NCBI RefSeq assembly: GCF_009914755.1
Contig: NC_060930.1
Length of the DNA: 64,000 bases
Source of the DNA: the human T2T-CHM13v2.0 reference genome, Homo sapiens
Strand: one strand, 5' to 3'
In this document: in pieces, positions 36,466-55,035 of the stretch
Layout: each line of letters begins with the position of its first letter
How positions within the stretch are numbered: the first letter of the stretch is position 1
Position numbers and translations under genes: made by a program
The notes under the pieces: model-generated
The model's database searches: none
The model's input: only the letters and a program-made list of their open reading frames with translations
Told to the model about the DNA's origin: nothing

Positions 36466-36756
36466 ACTATAACACTTTCCTAACACGTAAGTGATAAACA
36501 TGACCCCAAAAATTCAGTGGCAAAAAGGATGGGTTTGTGTTAAGGCAAGGTTAATGAAAAACAGGATTTTTGTCAGTCTGTTTTGTCATGAAAAGCACAA
36601 AAGTAAAGATAAACCTACACTGTGCTCAACTGACCAGAAACAATGCCCTCACCATCTCTCTCCTGTTCCTCCACCCTCAGGTGCAGGAAGGGACAGGAGT
36701 GGGAGGAAGAAATGACACCGTTGGGCAGAGCAGGAGAGCACAGCCTCTGGAAATTA

Positions 36757-37076
<320 letters not shown>

Positions 37077-37545
37077 TTGGTAAGAAATGGGAAAGGGAGG
37101 GCTAGGATCAAGGTTAACCTCAGAACTGTGGATTATAAAGGGCCTTCCTCTCGAAAAGAACAGGAATTTATTCAGCTCCCATATGAGAACGAGAGCAGGC
37201 AGAGGCCGGGAGATAATTACCAATAGCCAATCATGTTTTATGGGATATTGATTTATCACTTGGTTTTACTATACATGTCAAGTGCTGAGAACAGACCCTG
37301 GCGCATCAAAAGCACTCAATAAATGTGCACTATCATTTGTGTTATTGCCTCCCTCCTTTTCATTTCCACTCTCTTTCCCTATTTCAGGCTCGTGTTACAA
37401 CTTGGCTGGTTTACGTTAGCTCTTCCTAACTGGTCTCCTGTCCTAGGCAGAGAATTCCAAGAAGCCACCAGGAATTCACCCACACTTCAAGTTTCTGAGT
37501 GCCTGCCACATCCCAGCCTAGAACCTAGAGGTTCTTCAATATGCT

Positions 37546-38200
37546 TGTGAAGGAGTGCAGGGAACTTCCCCTCAAATTTGGCTCCCTGGTATAACAAGTA
37601 TTTGGAATTACAGGTCCTTAGAGATGAGTGGATGCTGCCAGAGACTTTTCCCCTATCTACACTAAGCCCAGCAGACCCACTAAGGAGAACAATTTGTGTC
37701 CCTCCCCCCTCTTAATCCTCTACCTCTCCCAAAGCACAGAGTGAAGTTGCTCTCTGAAGTTCCTTTATCTGCCTAAAGTCCAGACCTACCAGAGAACAAA
37801 GCAATGACCTCTGGTCCCTTCCCTGAGTTTTCATTAACTGAACCCTTACTGCAGGAAGGCAGGCAGAAGTCTGTCAACAAACCTAGATGGATTTTTGTCA
37901 CAAACCATTGTCTGCTCTGCAGGCTCAAAAGACTTTGTCCCAAGACCATTGTATGTTCTTCAAGCCCATTGAATTCTCTAAAAATCGGTTACTACCCCTA
38001 AAATCCTCCACAGACCGCCCCCCCACCATCTTCCTTTTCCCTAAGAAGTAGGGTATATAAGAATCTGTACCCCATTGGGATACTGGGCAATCACTCTGTG
38101 ACTCTGCCCATGCACACGGTAGTAATGCATCTGTATGCCTTCTCTTTTATTAACCTGCATTTTTGTGAGTTGAATTTTCAGCAAAACTTCGCCCCTGTAC
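37546..38200 (+). mobile_element. MER39/MER34-group ERV1 solo LTR
   Basis: tgaagttcctttatctgcctaaagtcc; gggtatataag; ttttcagcaaaacttc end. Confidence 0.65.
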
Positions 38201-38921
38201 TTGGTACTATAGTACCTTGTCATGCTGACCACAGCCAACCAGACCATGGTGGACATATAACATGAAGGCTAGTCAGCTGCCCTGATGTAATCTGCACAGC
38301 ATGCAGCCTCTATATTAGCTTGTGATTGGCTGGTCAAATCATATTCTGCAATTCAGAGAATTCAGATGCAAGATATAGGAAAGACCAGCTGACACAAAAG
38401 AAACAGAGGCAAACAACACAGAGACAAGGCAATAAACAGAACTCCTAGGGTAGGAGAAGTCATGAATAAGTAGAGAATACCACTTCTTTCCCTCCTCTTC
38501 TCTGGTCTCTACTGAACCCCAAACATAAATGAAGGCGTTTAACACCTTGGCCACGGGAGTCCTCTCTGGTCCTAATCCCAATATTATCTTGGGCAATGCC
38601 CAAGGTCTCTGTGGATATCCAAGCTCTACAAATCCAGTGATTTTCTCTTTGAGTGTCTTTCTTCCTCCAGTATAGCCTTAACACTTCTTAAATCTAGGAA
38701 TCCCAGAGTCACAAAACTGTAAAGCTGGAAGGGGTCTTCTGGAGATCACGCTTCTCAAATATCTTAATTGACTTTCCACTGTTAATGGCCTTTCAGGTTG
38801 CCTTTTGGAAATAACTATCAAAAGCCCTATGAGCACATACCTTTGCCCCCAGCAATTCTACTTCTAGTCATTTATTCTGTGGAAAATAATCAGACAAGCA
38901 TCAAAAAAATGACAAAATAGA

Positions 38922-39218
38922 TTTTTTTTTTTTTTTAAGACGGAGTCTCTGTCACCCAGGTTGGAGTGCAGCGGCACGATCTTGGCTCACTGCAACCTCC
39001 GCCTCCCGGGTTCAAGTGATTCTTTCTCCTGCCTCATCCTCCTGAGTAGCTGGTATTACAGGTACACACCACCACGCCCAGCTGATTTTTGTATTTTTAG
39101 TAGAGACAGGGTTTCACCATGTTGACCAGGCTGGTCTCGAACTCCTGACATCAAGTGACCAGCCTGCCTCAGCCTCCCAAAGTGCTTGGATTACAGGTGT
39201 GAGCCACCGTGTCCAGCC
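38922..39218 (-). mobile_element. AluS
   Basis: Reverse dimer. Confidence 0.95.
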
Positions 39219-39358
39219 AAAATGGCATAATAGAATATTAATTGCAGCATGCTTCACAATAGCAAAAGTTAAAAAATTACGTGTGTAACAATAAGAGATT
39301 GGTTAAATAATTGTTGGTATCTACAATCATTAGGTGAAACACTACTAACACATTATTA

Positions 39359-39672
<314 letters not shown>

Positions 39673-40140
39673 TAAATTGGAATAGACATTCTAAATTTAA
39701 CACAGAAACATGTTCTTGCCATCTTCATAAGTAAAAATTTTGGGTCAAAAAATGAGGTCTAATGTTCCGATTTTATTTATTAGAAAGCATATTTTAAATA
39801 TGTTTACAGAAACAGAAAAAAACCTGAAAAGATTTTATAGAACTTCTAAGTGGTAGAAATATAAGTGACTGCATTTTGTTTTGTTTTTTGTTTGTCTGTA
39901 ACTTCTAAATGTCTGCATTGAACATACATTTTTGAAAAATAAAACAAAAATCCTACCAAAGGCCCAGATCAGGTGGTATCCCATCTATAAACTGTTGAGA
40001 GAAGCCCCTCCAGAAATGCATCCCCCACTCTGAACGCAGACACGTTTACATCTGTTTCTGACGCCAACACACACTCCCAGCTGTGACCCTGAGAACACAG
40101 CTGCCTTCACTCTACAGTACCAGGTGCAGTGTTTCAACAC

Positions 40141-40582
40141 TGTGGTGGGTTATATATTATAGTAGCCCCCAAAAAGATTTTCCCACACCCCAAAATCTGT
40201 GATGGTGACCTTAGTTGGGAAAAGAGTCTTTGCAGCTACAATTAAGACGGGATTGTCCTGGATTATCTGGATGGGCCCTAAACCCAATGACAAGTGTCCT
40301 TGTAAGAGGCAAAAGATGAGAGGCACATGGACAAAGGAGAAGGCCGTGTGAAGATTGGGGCAGAGAGTGGCGTGATGCAGCCCCCAGCCAAAGCCGCTGG
40401 AGGCACCAAAAGCTGGGAGAGGCCAGGAAGGACTCTCCCCTAGAGTCTTCTGATAGACGGTGGTCCCACTAACCCCTTGATTTTGGACTTCTGCCCTCCC
40501 GAACTGTGAGAAAATAAATTTCTGTTGTTTTAAGCCACCAAGTTTGTGGTCATTTGTTAGGGCACATACAGAAAACGAACAC
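40141..40582 (+). mobile_element. MLT1B/C solo LTR
   Basis: tgtggtggg...gggccctaaacccaatgacaagtgtcctt...aataaatttctgttgttttaagccacc. Confidence 0.88.
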
Positions 40583-40704
40583 AGACATAGTAGACACTTG
40601 GTCAATACTGGTGGGAGGAAAAAAATTGCTTTAATGACTGTGTCCTTAGTTCTACTAGTTTTGATTCGGAAAGAAAGAATATCTCATTAAAATATTTTTT
40701 GATT

Positions 40705-40854
40705 AGGTGGTGTGGTGGTGTGTGCCTGTGGTCCCAGCTACTTGGGAGGCTGAGGCAGGAGGATCACTTGAGCCTGGAGGATGCCGTGAACTGTGATCAC
40801 ACCATTGCACTCTAGCCTAGGCAACAGAACAAGACCCTGTCTTTACAAAAAAAA
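40705..40854 (+). mobile_element. FRAM / AluJ right arm
   Basis: Monomer plus tail. Confidence 0.85.
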
Positions 40855-40875
40855 TTTTTTTTTAAGAAAGCAAAA

Positions 40876-41183
<308 letters not shown>

Positions 41184-41995
41184 GAAAGCAAAAAATACTT
41201 TTCTAAACCTTAGTTTCTTATGATCAAATTTGAATTTTTCCTCCCATCAAAATGGCAAAGCGTTACTTGGTGATCCATTAGCCTTGATTTGAAATAAGAA
41301 ATAAAAGTAATTGACTCTCTTACAATGTCTTTATGGAGACAAAGTTCAGCCACACTTTCTCAAATGCTAAGCTCCTTATTTTGCCCAGAGCATGAGTTCA
41401 GTATTCATGGCCTTGCACAGACTTCACCAAACACTGACAATGAGTTTTAAAGGACAATGACAGGGTTGAGAGGTTGAAAAGTGGACCTACTTTTCTCCTC
41501 TATCTGTTCTTAGAAATCCATGTCATTTTCTTCCTGGGAACCAACCCAGTTCTTTAATCCACACGCACAGTTCCTGTCCATGGAAGGCATAATTTGGCCT
41601 CATGTGTTTGCTTTTTGTTTTGCTTTCGAATCAAATGCTTCAGTGCTTTGATAACTAAAAATGAAAGAGGAGAGAAAATGTGTTTTTCTTCAGGCTTAAA
41701 AAAAAAATCAGTGTTGAACCCTCAAGGGATTATTGTGTAAAACATGATGTAAAGAAGCTGCAGTAGAGTGGGGACGGGCCTGGAGAGAAAGGGATGCTGA
41801 AACCTCATCCATTGCTTGTAGAATAATGTGTGCCCAGAGTGACAGGGTGCGCCAGCCCCAGAGGTCACCTCTCATCCATGTGGTGTACAACCGCGTAGGG
41901 TTCCAAAGGTAAGCTCCCAGTAGGGATCCCAGTGTGAGGAAAGGATGTATGGGAAGAATCTAAGTGTGAGTGTATGGAGGGCTCATGCAGGCCAA

Positions 41996-42257
41996 GATGT
42001 GGGTTTGCCTATCCTGCTCGCAACGTTTCTGCCAAGACTACCATCTGCGGACTCACAGAATGCCTTATGCACCATCATGGAATTCCACACAGCATTGCCT
42101 CTGACCTAGGCACTCACTTTATGGGTAAAGAAGTGGCAGTGGGCTCATGCTTATGGAATTCACTGGTCTTACCATGTTCCCCATCATCCTGAAGCAGCTG
42201 GATGGATAGAATGGTGGAATGGCCTTTTGAAGTCACAATTACAACACCAACTAAGTG
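41996..42257 (+). mobile_element. Isolated ERV-L (HERVL-int) pol integrase-core fragment, frameshifted
   Basis: Translates GFAYPARNVSAKTTICGLTECLMHHHGIPHSIASDLGTHF, then after a frameshift QWAHAYGIHWSYHVPHHPEAAGWIEWWNGLLKSQLQ. Confidence 0.88.
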
Positions 42258-42805
42258 GAAAGTCGGATGTGAAGAAAGTCAGATCTGCCCAAGCCTCTGC
42301 ACCGCATTGCACTCGCCCGCCCCACCCTCCTCTCTCATCCAAAGATGCTCCGTGACTTCAGGCCATGCTCCGCTTCCTTTTTCCTGACACTTGCCTTTCA
42401 CAAGCCTACTTCTCCAGGAGCCTGTTGCTCTGAAGCCTGCACTGTGATGAGGGCTGGTCTGCCGAGGACCTGGGTGAGCTTCTGAAGGAGAAGCTGCTGG
42501 AAGCATGTGTTCCTGGGCTTGGGCTACCAGTGCAAGCTTACTAAACGACAGAGCAGGTTCTTTTCTTCCCTTTGGCCTTCTTACCTCAGGGAGCAAGGTG
42601 AAGGGTCTAGGAAAAAGAGAAGCCCGTGACTCTAGGGCCAGCTAGAGATGAAGGAGTGTCTGCAGTCTGGAGACAGACCAGGGGTTAGGCTGTTCGAGGG
42701 GGTAGGGACCAGACCGATCACTAGATTTGATCTAGATGAGAAGGAGAATGCCAGGGGATGGGATGGATTATTTCTTCTGAGGCATAAATTGCATTTTAAT
42801 CCTAG

Positions 42806-43128
<323 letters not shown>

Positions 43129-43312
43129 CTTATTTATTTATTTATTTATTTATTTTAAGACAGGGTCTTGCTCTGTTGCCCAGCCTGGAGTGTGGAGTGC
43201 AGTGGCACCATCATAGCTCACTGCAGTCTTGACCTCCTGGATTCAAGCAATCCTCCCACCTCAGCCTCCAGAGTAGCTGGGACCACAGGTGCATGCCACA
43301 ATGCCAGCTAAT
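43129..43312 (-). mobile_element. AluJ/FRAM right arm
   Basis: Reverse monomer; outer flanks cctagtggcctt/cctggtggcctt. Confidence 0.85.
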
Positions 43313-43706
43313 TCCTGGTGGCCTTCAATGGCTAAAAAGAAAACAAGACTAACATGGGCACTTTGGCCAGTGGCCAGAATAATAATTTTTTTTTAACAAA
43401 ACAGGTCTTAAAATGCTCTGTAAAATCACATTAAAACATAGCTTTACTATGCACTTAAGATTTTAATAAATAAATGGCTTTGAAAAATATTTCTTGTAAT
43501 TGGAAAATTGAAATATACTTTTCAATTTGCTACCCCAGAAGGAAACGCGATACCGCAGGACTGCTATCAGTATTACAAGTCAACTGGAGTTACTTAAAAA
43601 GAACAACATATTGTCGACTGATTTGATGAAATGGTGTAATAGATCAGGACAAGAAGGAATAACCAAATCCACCAGGAACACAACTTTTGTCCAAAAATAA
43701 AGAACC

Positions 43707-44011
<305 letters not shown>

Positions 44012-44489
44012 GAACCAAACCAACAAATTAGAAAGACTAGAATTAGCCCTCACACAGTGCAGCAGGAATCTGGTGACAGCTGACATCCTGGAAGAGTGGT
44101 AGGCACACTGCAGAATGAGAGCTTTCCCTCACTTCTACGGGGTCAGATATTTCTGTTGATTGATCAGAACCAAAAACATTTCAGGAGAAAGCAGTATATG
44201 GTATATTGGATTAGACTGTGCACCCCAGCACCCTGAATCCCTGCCCACCATGGGCTAGTGGGTCCTTGCCCTTGGCACCTAGCAAGGTCTGAATTGTAAC
44301 TGGATGTGGCCTAATATTTTCTTCCATGGGACATTGAATACAAAATACATGGTGTAAACAAATAAGAAAACAGAACTCATTTTACATAGTTTGTTTTGAT
44401 CATTCCTTACACTCACAGTTTCTCTTATCAACTATTTTTTCAGCAGATGAAATTTAGCCAAATCTGATTATGTCTGGTCCTTACTTAAC

Positions 44490-44750
44490 TTAAAATGGCC
44501 CATAGGGCGCCAGTGTTCCTGCCCCTGTTCACCTCTCCAGCCTCAGCCCTCCCCTCGCCACCTGCCCAGCCCCATCCCATTATACACCCCCTCTCATCCT
44601 ACTGGCCCACTTGCAGTTCCTGTCTTGTCTCTGGACCTTCACAAATGCTGTCCCTGAAATACCCTCCCTCTCCCTACCCCTGCCCTCCACCTCCCCTCCT
44701 GCTGATGCACCATTCAGGTCTCAGCACAAATGTGAAATGCCCTTTTCCAG
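44490..44750 (+). mobile_element. L2 fragment
   Basis: acctctccagcctc...ggaccttcacaaatgctg...ttcaggtctcagc. Confidence 0.5.
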
Positions 44751-44764
44751 TGCTCTAAATAGCA

Positions 44765-45080
44765 TGTTGTGTAACCCCCATCAAAAAAGTGCTCACCTTT
44801 TTATAGGTGGCCTTGGAGGAGGCATTGGCTATATGTTTCACCATGTGGACCCCGGAGCTGAGGGAAGTTGATTTTTGAAGAGAGAGGGAGATTGAGAGAA
44901 AGAGAGAGAATAGAAGGAAGCCAACACATGGAAAAGTTCAGAGGCAAAGGATCAGGTATGCTCCGACAATAGGTGTCCCTGGTTCTGGGGTTGCAAGGAG
45001 CTCCAAGGTGCTCGCCATATATCCACACTCTTGCTAAAGCTGGGCTTCTGCTACTTGGTGGCCAAGGAGTCCCATGACTA
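44765..45080 (+). mobile_element. Old MLT1 (J-N type) LTR remnant
   Basis: agctgggcttctgctacttg...gactat 3'-end resemblance only. Confidence 0.35.
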
Positions 45081-45480
<400 letters not shown>

Positions 45481-45531
<51 letters not shown>

Positions 45532-45563
45532 CAGACAAACAGATAGATATAGATAGATAGATA
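45481..45563. repeat. (AGAT)n tetranucleotide STR
   Basis: 12 perfect AGAT units plus variant units. Confidence 0.97.
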
Positions 45564-45609
45564 CCAAAGGTCTAAGAATCCTCAGAACTCATGGAAAATA
45601 TTGTTGGGG

Positions 45610-45725
45610 AAGAGTCCTGCATTGGGAGTCAAAATCCTGTGTGATAATTTTGTCCCTATCACTAAATAATTGTGACCATAGACAATTTATTGAACCTCTT
45701 GGAGCCTCTATTTGGTCCTGGAGAG
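45610..45725 (+). mobile_element. MIR (degraded)
   Basis: ttgggagtcaaaatcctg...tgtgaccatagacaatttattgaacctct. Confidence 0.55.
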
Positions 45726-46582
45726 ACCACAACATCACATAACAGCATGACATAACATTAAATGGTTGGAACACAATACAAAGACACTTTTATTATTTCA
45801 CGTATGTTCCCTATACTTTGTAAATCTTTTATCTGAAACAAATTGTATATGTTAATTCCTTTTTTCATGAGATAACCAGTGTTACCACACCTAGCAACTA
45901 TTATTCCATTAAAAGCAAACTATTGAAAAACCTTGACATTTCAATTATACTATACCCTCTTCCCACAGACAAATGATGCGTGGTTTTTGTTAGACTTCCT
46001 GAAATACAGGCATACCTCAGATATATTGTGAGTTCAGTTCCAGACCACTGCAATAAAGCAAGTCACATGAAGATTTTGGTTTCTCAGTGTATATACAGGT
46101 TATGTTTTCACTATACTGTAGTCTAGTAAGTGTAAGATGGCATTATGTATAAATAAATAATGTACATACCTTAATTTTAAAACACTTGATTGCTTAAAAA
46201 TGCTAACTATGATCTAAGTCTTCAGCAAGCCGTAATGTTTATGCTGGGGAAGGGTCTTGTCTTGATGATGGCTGCTAACTGATCAGGATGGTGGCTGCTG
46301 AAGGTTACGGAGGCTGTGGCAATTTCTAAAAAGAAGACATCAGTGAAGTTCGCAGCATCAATTTACTCTTCATTTTACAAAAGATTTCTCTGTACCATGA
46401 GATGCTGTTTGATAGCATTTTACCCACAGAACTTCTTTCAAAATTGGAGTGAATCTTCTCAAATTCTGCTGCTGCTTTATCGATTAAGTTTATGTAGTAC
46501 TGTAAGATGTTTGTTGTTATTCCAACAATGTTCACAGCATCTTCACCAGGAGAAGATTTCACCTCAAGAAAATTCCATTCTT

Positions 46583-46876
46583 AGCCAGACGTGGTGGCTC
46601 ACGCCTGTAATCCCAACACTTTGGGAGGCTGAGGCGGGTGGATCACGAGGCTAGGAGTTTGAGACCAGCCTGGCCAACATGGCACAACCCTGTCTCTACT
46701 AAAAATACAAAAATTAGCCGGGCATGGTAGTGGACGCCTGTAATCCCAGCTACTCGGGAGGCTGAGGCAAGAGAATCGCTTGAACCCAGGAGGCAGAGGT
46801 TGCAGTGAGCGAGATTGTACCATTGCACTCCAGCCTGGGCGACAAGAGCAAGACTCCGTCTAAAAAAAAAAAAAAA
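46583..46876 (+). mobile_element. AluS in Tigger1
   Basis: Full dimer. Confidence 0.95.
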
Positions 46877-46886
46877 TCCCATTCTT

Positions 46887-47211
<325 letters not shown>

Positions 47212-47306
47212 TCATCCTTAAAAATCAACTCCTCATCCATTCAAGTTTGATGAGATGGCAGCAATTCAGTCACATCTTCAGGCTCCACTTCTATTTCTCT
47301 TGCTGT

Positions 47307-47598
<292 letters not shown>

Positions 47599-48311
47599 CT
47601 TCTCATGCTGTTTCTACCACATCTGCAGTTCCTTCCTCCACTAAAATCTTGAACCTTTCAAAGTCATCCACGAGGGTTGGAAATCAACCTCTTTCAAACT
47701 CCTATTAATGTTAATATTTTGACCTTCTCCCATGAATCATGAATTGTTCTTAATTGGCATCTAGAATGGTGAATCCTTTCCTGAGAGGAATCATTATCTA
47801 TGATTTTATAGCCATAGCCTTACAAAATGTATCTTTTTAAATCATAAGACTTGAAAGTTGAAATTACTCCTTGATCCACGGGCAGCAGAATGGATGCCGT
47901 ATTAGGGGCACAAAAACGACATGAATCTCCTTATACATCTCCCTCAGACCTCAGACCTCTTGGATGACCAGGTGCATCATCAATAAACAGTAATATTTTG
48001 AAAATTTATTTATTTATTTTTTTTCTGAGCAGTACTTCTCAACAGTGGGCTTAAAATGTTCAGTAAACCATGCCATAAACAGATGTACTGTCATCCAGGC
48101 TTTGTTGTTTCATTTATACAGCACAGGCAGAGTAGCTTCAGCATAATTCTTAAGGACCCTAGGATTTTTGGAATGGTAAATGAGTAGCAGCTTTAAACGT
48201 AAAGTCACCAGCTGCATCAGCCTCTAACGAGAGAGTCAGCCCGTCCTTTGAAGCTTTGAAGCCAGGCACTGCTCTCTAGCTAAGAAAGTCTTAGATGGCA
48301 TTCTCTTCCTT

Positions 48312-49058
<747 letters not shown>

Positions 49059-49061
49059 TAT

Positions 49062-49097
<36 letters not shown>
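49059..49097. repeat. (TTTA)n
   Basis: Read directly. Confidence 0.9.
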
Positions 49098-49098
<1 letters not shown>

Positions 49099-49187
49099 GT
49101 GATAGCCAAGATTTTCTTTTTTTTTTTTTTCTTTTTTTATCTTCATCTAATATAAGGCTATTGTGCCTACATTGAAAACTTGCTGTT

Positions 49188-49798
<611 letters not shown>

Positions 49799-50579
49799 CC
49801 CCTGCTGTTTAGTGTAGCCACCTTCATCAGTTATCTTAGATTTTCTGGATAACTTGCTGCAGCTTCCCCATCGGCACTTGCTATTAAATTTCACTTTGCA
49901 CTTTTCTGTTATGGAGACAGCTTCTTTAAATTTTGTGAACCAAATTCTGCTAATTTCAAACTTTGCTTCTGCAGCTTCCTCACCTCTCTCAGTCTTTATA
50001 AAATTGAAAAGAGTTAAAACATTTCATTGGATTAGGCTTTGAATCTAGGGAGTATTGTGGCTACGTTGATCTTCTGCCTAGATCACTAAAACCTTCTCCG
50101 TATCAGCAATAAGGCTGCTTCACTTTCCCATTATTTGTGTGTTTACTGGAGTCGCACTTTTAATTTATTTCAAGAACTTTTCCTTCATATTCACAAGTTT
50201 GCTAACTATTTGGCACAAGAGGCCTAGCTTTGGGCCTACCTCAGCTTTTGACATGGCTTTCTCACTAAGCTTAATCATTTCTAGCTTTTGATTAAAGTGA
50301 GACATATGACTCTTCCTTTTACTTGAACATTTAAGGCCATTGTAGGGTTATTAATTGGCCTAATTTCAAATGATTGCATCTCAGAGAACAGGAAGGCCCA
50401 AAGAGAGGGAGAGAGATGGGAGAATAGCCAGTTGGTGAAGCAGTCAGCACACACATATTTATCAATTAAGTCTGCTATCTTATATGGGCGTAGTTCATGG
50501 TGTCCCAAAACAACTACAAGAGTGACATCAAAGATCACCAATTTGGGAATGATAGTAAGAGAAGTAAACCAAACAAATA

Positions 50580-51203
<624 letters not shown>

Positions 51204-52119
51204 AAAAGATGATCACTTAACCATAGATCATCGTAACAGACATAATAATAATGAAACAGTTTGAAATATTCCAAGAATTACCAAAATGTGACACAGAGAC
51301 AGGAAGTAAGCACATGCTGTTGGAAAAACAGCACAGATAGACTTGCTTGAAGCACGGTTGCCAGGAACCTTCAATTTGTTTAAAAAAAAAAAAAAGAGAG
51401 AGAGAGAGAGAGAGGTATCTGCAAAGAAGCAATGCACTAAGGTGAAGCGCAATAAAAGGAAGTATGCCCGTATTGAAAAAAGCCTGAGGACTCCTATTAC
51501 CATATTCAGGGAGGCTGAGCCCTCTGGGTATCCCGGGTGGAAAACACTCTACTGGATGACTGATAAGCTCTAAAATTCAATTATTCTGATAACTTCACAG
51601 ATGCCTGCAAATCAGTACAAATATATGACCTAAAGGAAATAGGCTTTACACATAGAAAGAAGTTAAAAAGAAAAATAGCTGCTTTAAGTTGGGTGCAGCT
51701 TAAGGGTTAAATACCGCTTTCAAATATATTGCCCTTGTGGTGATGATAGCATCTGCAGGCCAGTAAACTCTTGCCTCCACCTAATAATTGACTAATAACA
51801 TGTATCGAGTGTCTTCTGTATGCATATAAATACTTTTCATCTATTGTCTCAATTTCCACCGGCCCCTGCTAGAGTCTTACATGTTGGTATCTTAGTCTGT
51901 TCAGGCTGCTATGACAAAAATACTATAGACTGGGTGGTTCAAATAACATTCTTTTTTTTTTTTCTCTCTCTCTCTCGCAGTTCTGAAGGCTGGAAGTACA
52001 AGATAAGGTGCCACTAGATTCAGTATCTGGTGAGGGCTTGTTTTTGGTTCACAGATTACCATCTTCTTGCTAAAACCTCAAATGTCAGAAGGAGCAAGGG
52101 GTTCTCCAGGGTCTTTCCT

Positions 52120-52281
52120 TTTTTAAAAAAAATTTAGATTCAGGGGATACGTGTGCACATTTACTACATGGGTATATTGCAATAATGTGTTCTGGTAGGT
52201 GTTGAGCTTCTAGAGTACCCATTACACAGATAATGAGCATGGTACCCACTAGGTAGTTTTTCAATCCTTGTCCCCACCCCA
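52120..52281 (-). mobile_element. L1PA16/L1PB-type extreme 3' end
   Basis: ttagattcaggggatacgtgtgc...catgggtatattgc...taggtagtttttcaa. Confidence 0.8.
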
Positions 52282-52306
52282 CGGAGGGTCTCCTTTATAT
52301 GGACAC

Positions 52307-52659
52307 TGTCTTAGTCTGTTCTGCTGCTATCACAAAAGACCTTAGACTGGGTAATTTAGAAACAAAAGAAATGTATTACTCTCAATTCTGAAGGCTGGGA
52401 GGTCCAAGATCAAGGTACCAGCAGATTCGATGTCTGGCGAGGACCTTCTTACAGGTTCATAGATTGTGTCTCCTGCTGTGTCTTCATATGGCAGAAGGAA
52501 TGAAGAAGCTCCCTTGGGTTTCTTTTATAAGGGCACTAATCTCACTCATGAGGGCTCCACCCTTATGACCAAGTCATATCCCTCTTATTACTGCATTGGA
52601 GATTAGGTTTCAACCTATGAATCTGGGTGAGGGGGGCCACAAATATTCAAACCATAGCA
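52307..52659 (-). mobile_element. Nested MLT1A/MSTD-type solo LTR
   Basis: Complete tgtcttagtc...aaccatagca. Confidence 0.85.
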
Positions 52660-52804
52660 GGTATTAATCTTACTCATAAGAGCTCTGTCTTACAGCCTAA
52701 TCAGCTACCAAAGCTCCACCTCCTAATATCATTACATTAGGGGTTATGATTTCAACATACGAATATTGGTGGGGACAAAAACAGTCATTCTATAGCAGGT
52801 AGCT

Positions 52805-52925
52805 ACTAATATTATATCACCCCATCCTTCAGATGAAAAAATCCAAGTTCAGAGAATAGAGCTGAAACTACATCCAGACTGTCTGACTCCCGTCCTGAGC
52901 CCCTAACCTTTATGCTACACTGCTT
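52805..52925 (-). mobile_element. MIR fragment
   Basis: cagatgaaaaaatccaagttcagaga...gtctgactcc. Confidence 0.55.
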
Positions 52926-52975
52926 CTTGATATCTCCATGGGCCATTAAATGACACCGCTTGAAATAAAAGCAAT

Positions 52976-53290
52976 GGCCGAGTACTGTGGCTCACACCTG
53001 TAATCCCAGCACTTTGGGGGGCCAAGGCAGGAGAATCACCTGAGGTCAGGAGTTCAAGGCCAGCCTGGCCAAAATGGTGAAATCCCGTTTCTACTAAAAA
53101 TACAAAAATTAGCCCAGTGTCATGGTGGGCGCCTGTAGTCTCAGCTACTTGGGAGGCTGAGGCAGGGAGAATTGCTTGAACCTGGGAGGCTGAGGTTGCA
53201 ATGAGCCAAGATCATGCCACTGCACTCCAGCCTAGGTGACACAGTGATACTCTGTCTCAAAAAAATAAATAAATAAATAAAATAAAATAA
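52976..53290 (+). mobile_element. AluS
   Basis: Full dimer. Confidence 0.95.
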
Positions 53291-53303
53291 GACCAATGGC
53301 ATT

Positions 53304-54350
<1,047 letters not shown>

Positions 54351-54379
54351 TAAGAGATGATAGAAGACATATCAGCGGC

Positions 54380-54695
54380 ATTTATTCAGCTAACAATTAC
54401 TTAGCACTCTTGGGGGCCAAGAATTGTGCCACATGCCAGTCAAAAAACAAGAGACTTAGAGCCTGCCCTGGAGGAAGTCACAGTGAAATGAGAGAAGTGC
54501 CCTCAGGTGCCTGCAAAGGCATAGAGAAAGGAGCAGTGAGTGCTCCCCAGGGAGGCCAAGGAGACCTTCCACAAAGCAGGTGACATTTGAGCTGAGTCCT
54601 GAAAGATGAATGGGAGCACACCCGGGAGGGAGCCCGGGAAGGGCATTTCAGGCAAAGGACAAAGCAGAACAGAGCTTCCAATGCTGGGCCAGGTT
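54380..54695 (-). mobile_element. L2 fragment
   Basis: ggtgacatttgagctgagtcctgaaagatgaa; gggaagggcatttcaggca. Confidence 0.7.
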
Positions 54696-54725
54696 GCTAA
54701 ATTCAGCAAACAGTGAGCAGTTTCC

Positions 54726-55032
54726 TTTTTTTTTTTTTTTTTTTTTCTTTTGAGACAGAGTCTCACTCTGTCGCCCAGGCTGGAGTGCAGTGGGCCAATC
54801 TTGGCTCACTGCAACCTCCACATCCCGGTTCAAGCAATTCTCGTGCCTCAGCCTCCTGAGTAGCTGGGATTACAGGCATGTGCCACCATGCCTGGCTAAT
54901 TTTTGTATTTTTAGTAGAGATGGGGTTTCGCCATGTTGGCCAGGCTGGTCTCAAACTCCTGACCTTAGGTGATCTGCCCACATCGGCCTTCCAAATTCGT
55001 GGGATTACAGGTGTGAGGCACTGTGCCTGGCT
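54726..55032 (-). mobile_element. AluS
   Basis: Reverse dimer. Confidence 0.95.
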
Positions 55033-55035
55033 GCC

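Larger units (their letters stand above)
51887..52797 (-). mobile_element. MLT1A-type LTR hosting an L1 fragment and a second MaLR LTR
   Basis: tatcttagtctgttcaggctgctat ... resumes at 52660 ... tctatagca. Confidence 0.85.

Noticed and set aside
41974-42387. Integrase-like ORFs as a functional CDS
   Set aside because: About 260 bp, frameshifted, and lacking the first catalytic Asp and the zinc-binding domain
46326-46562. Tigger1-like ORF as a domesticated TIGD gene
   Set aside because: Only a C-terminal fragment; the rest of the transposase is frameshifted and split by Alus
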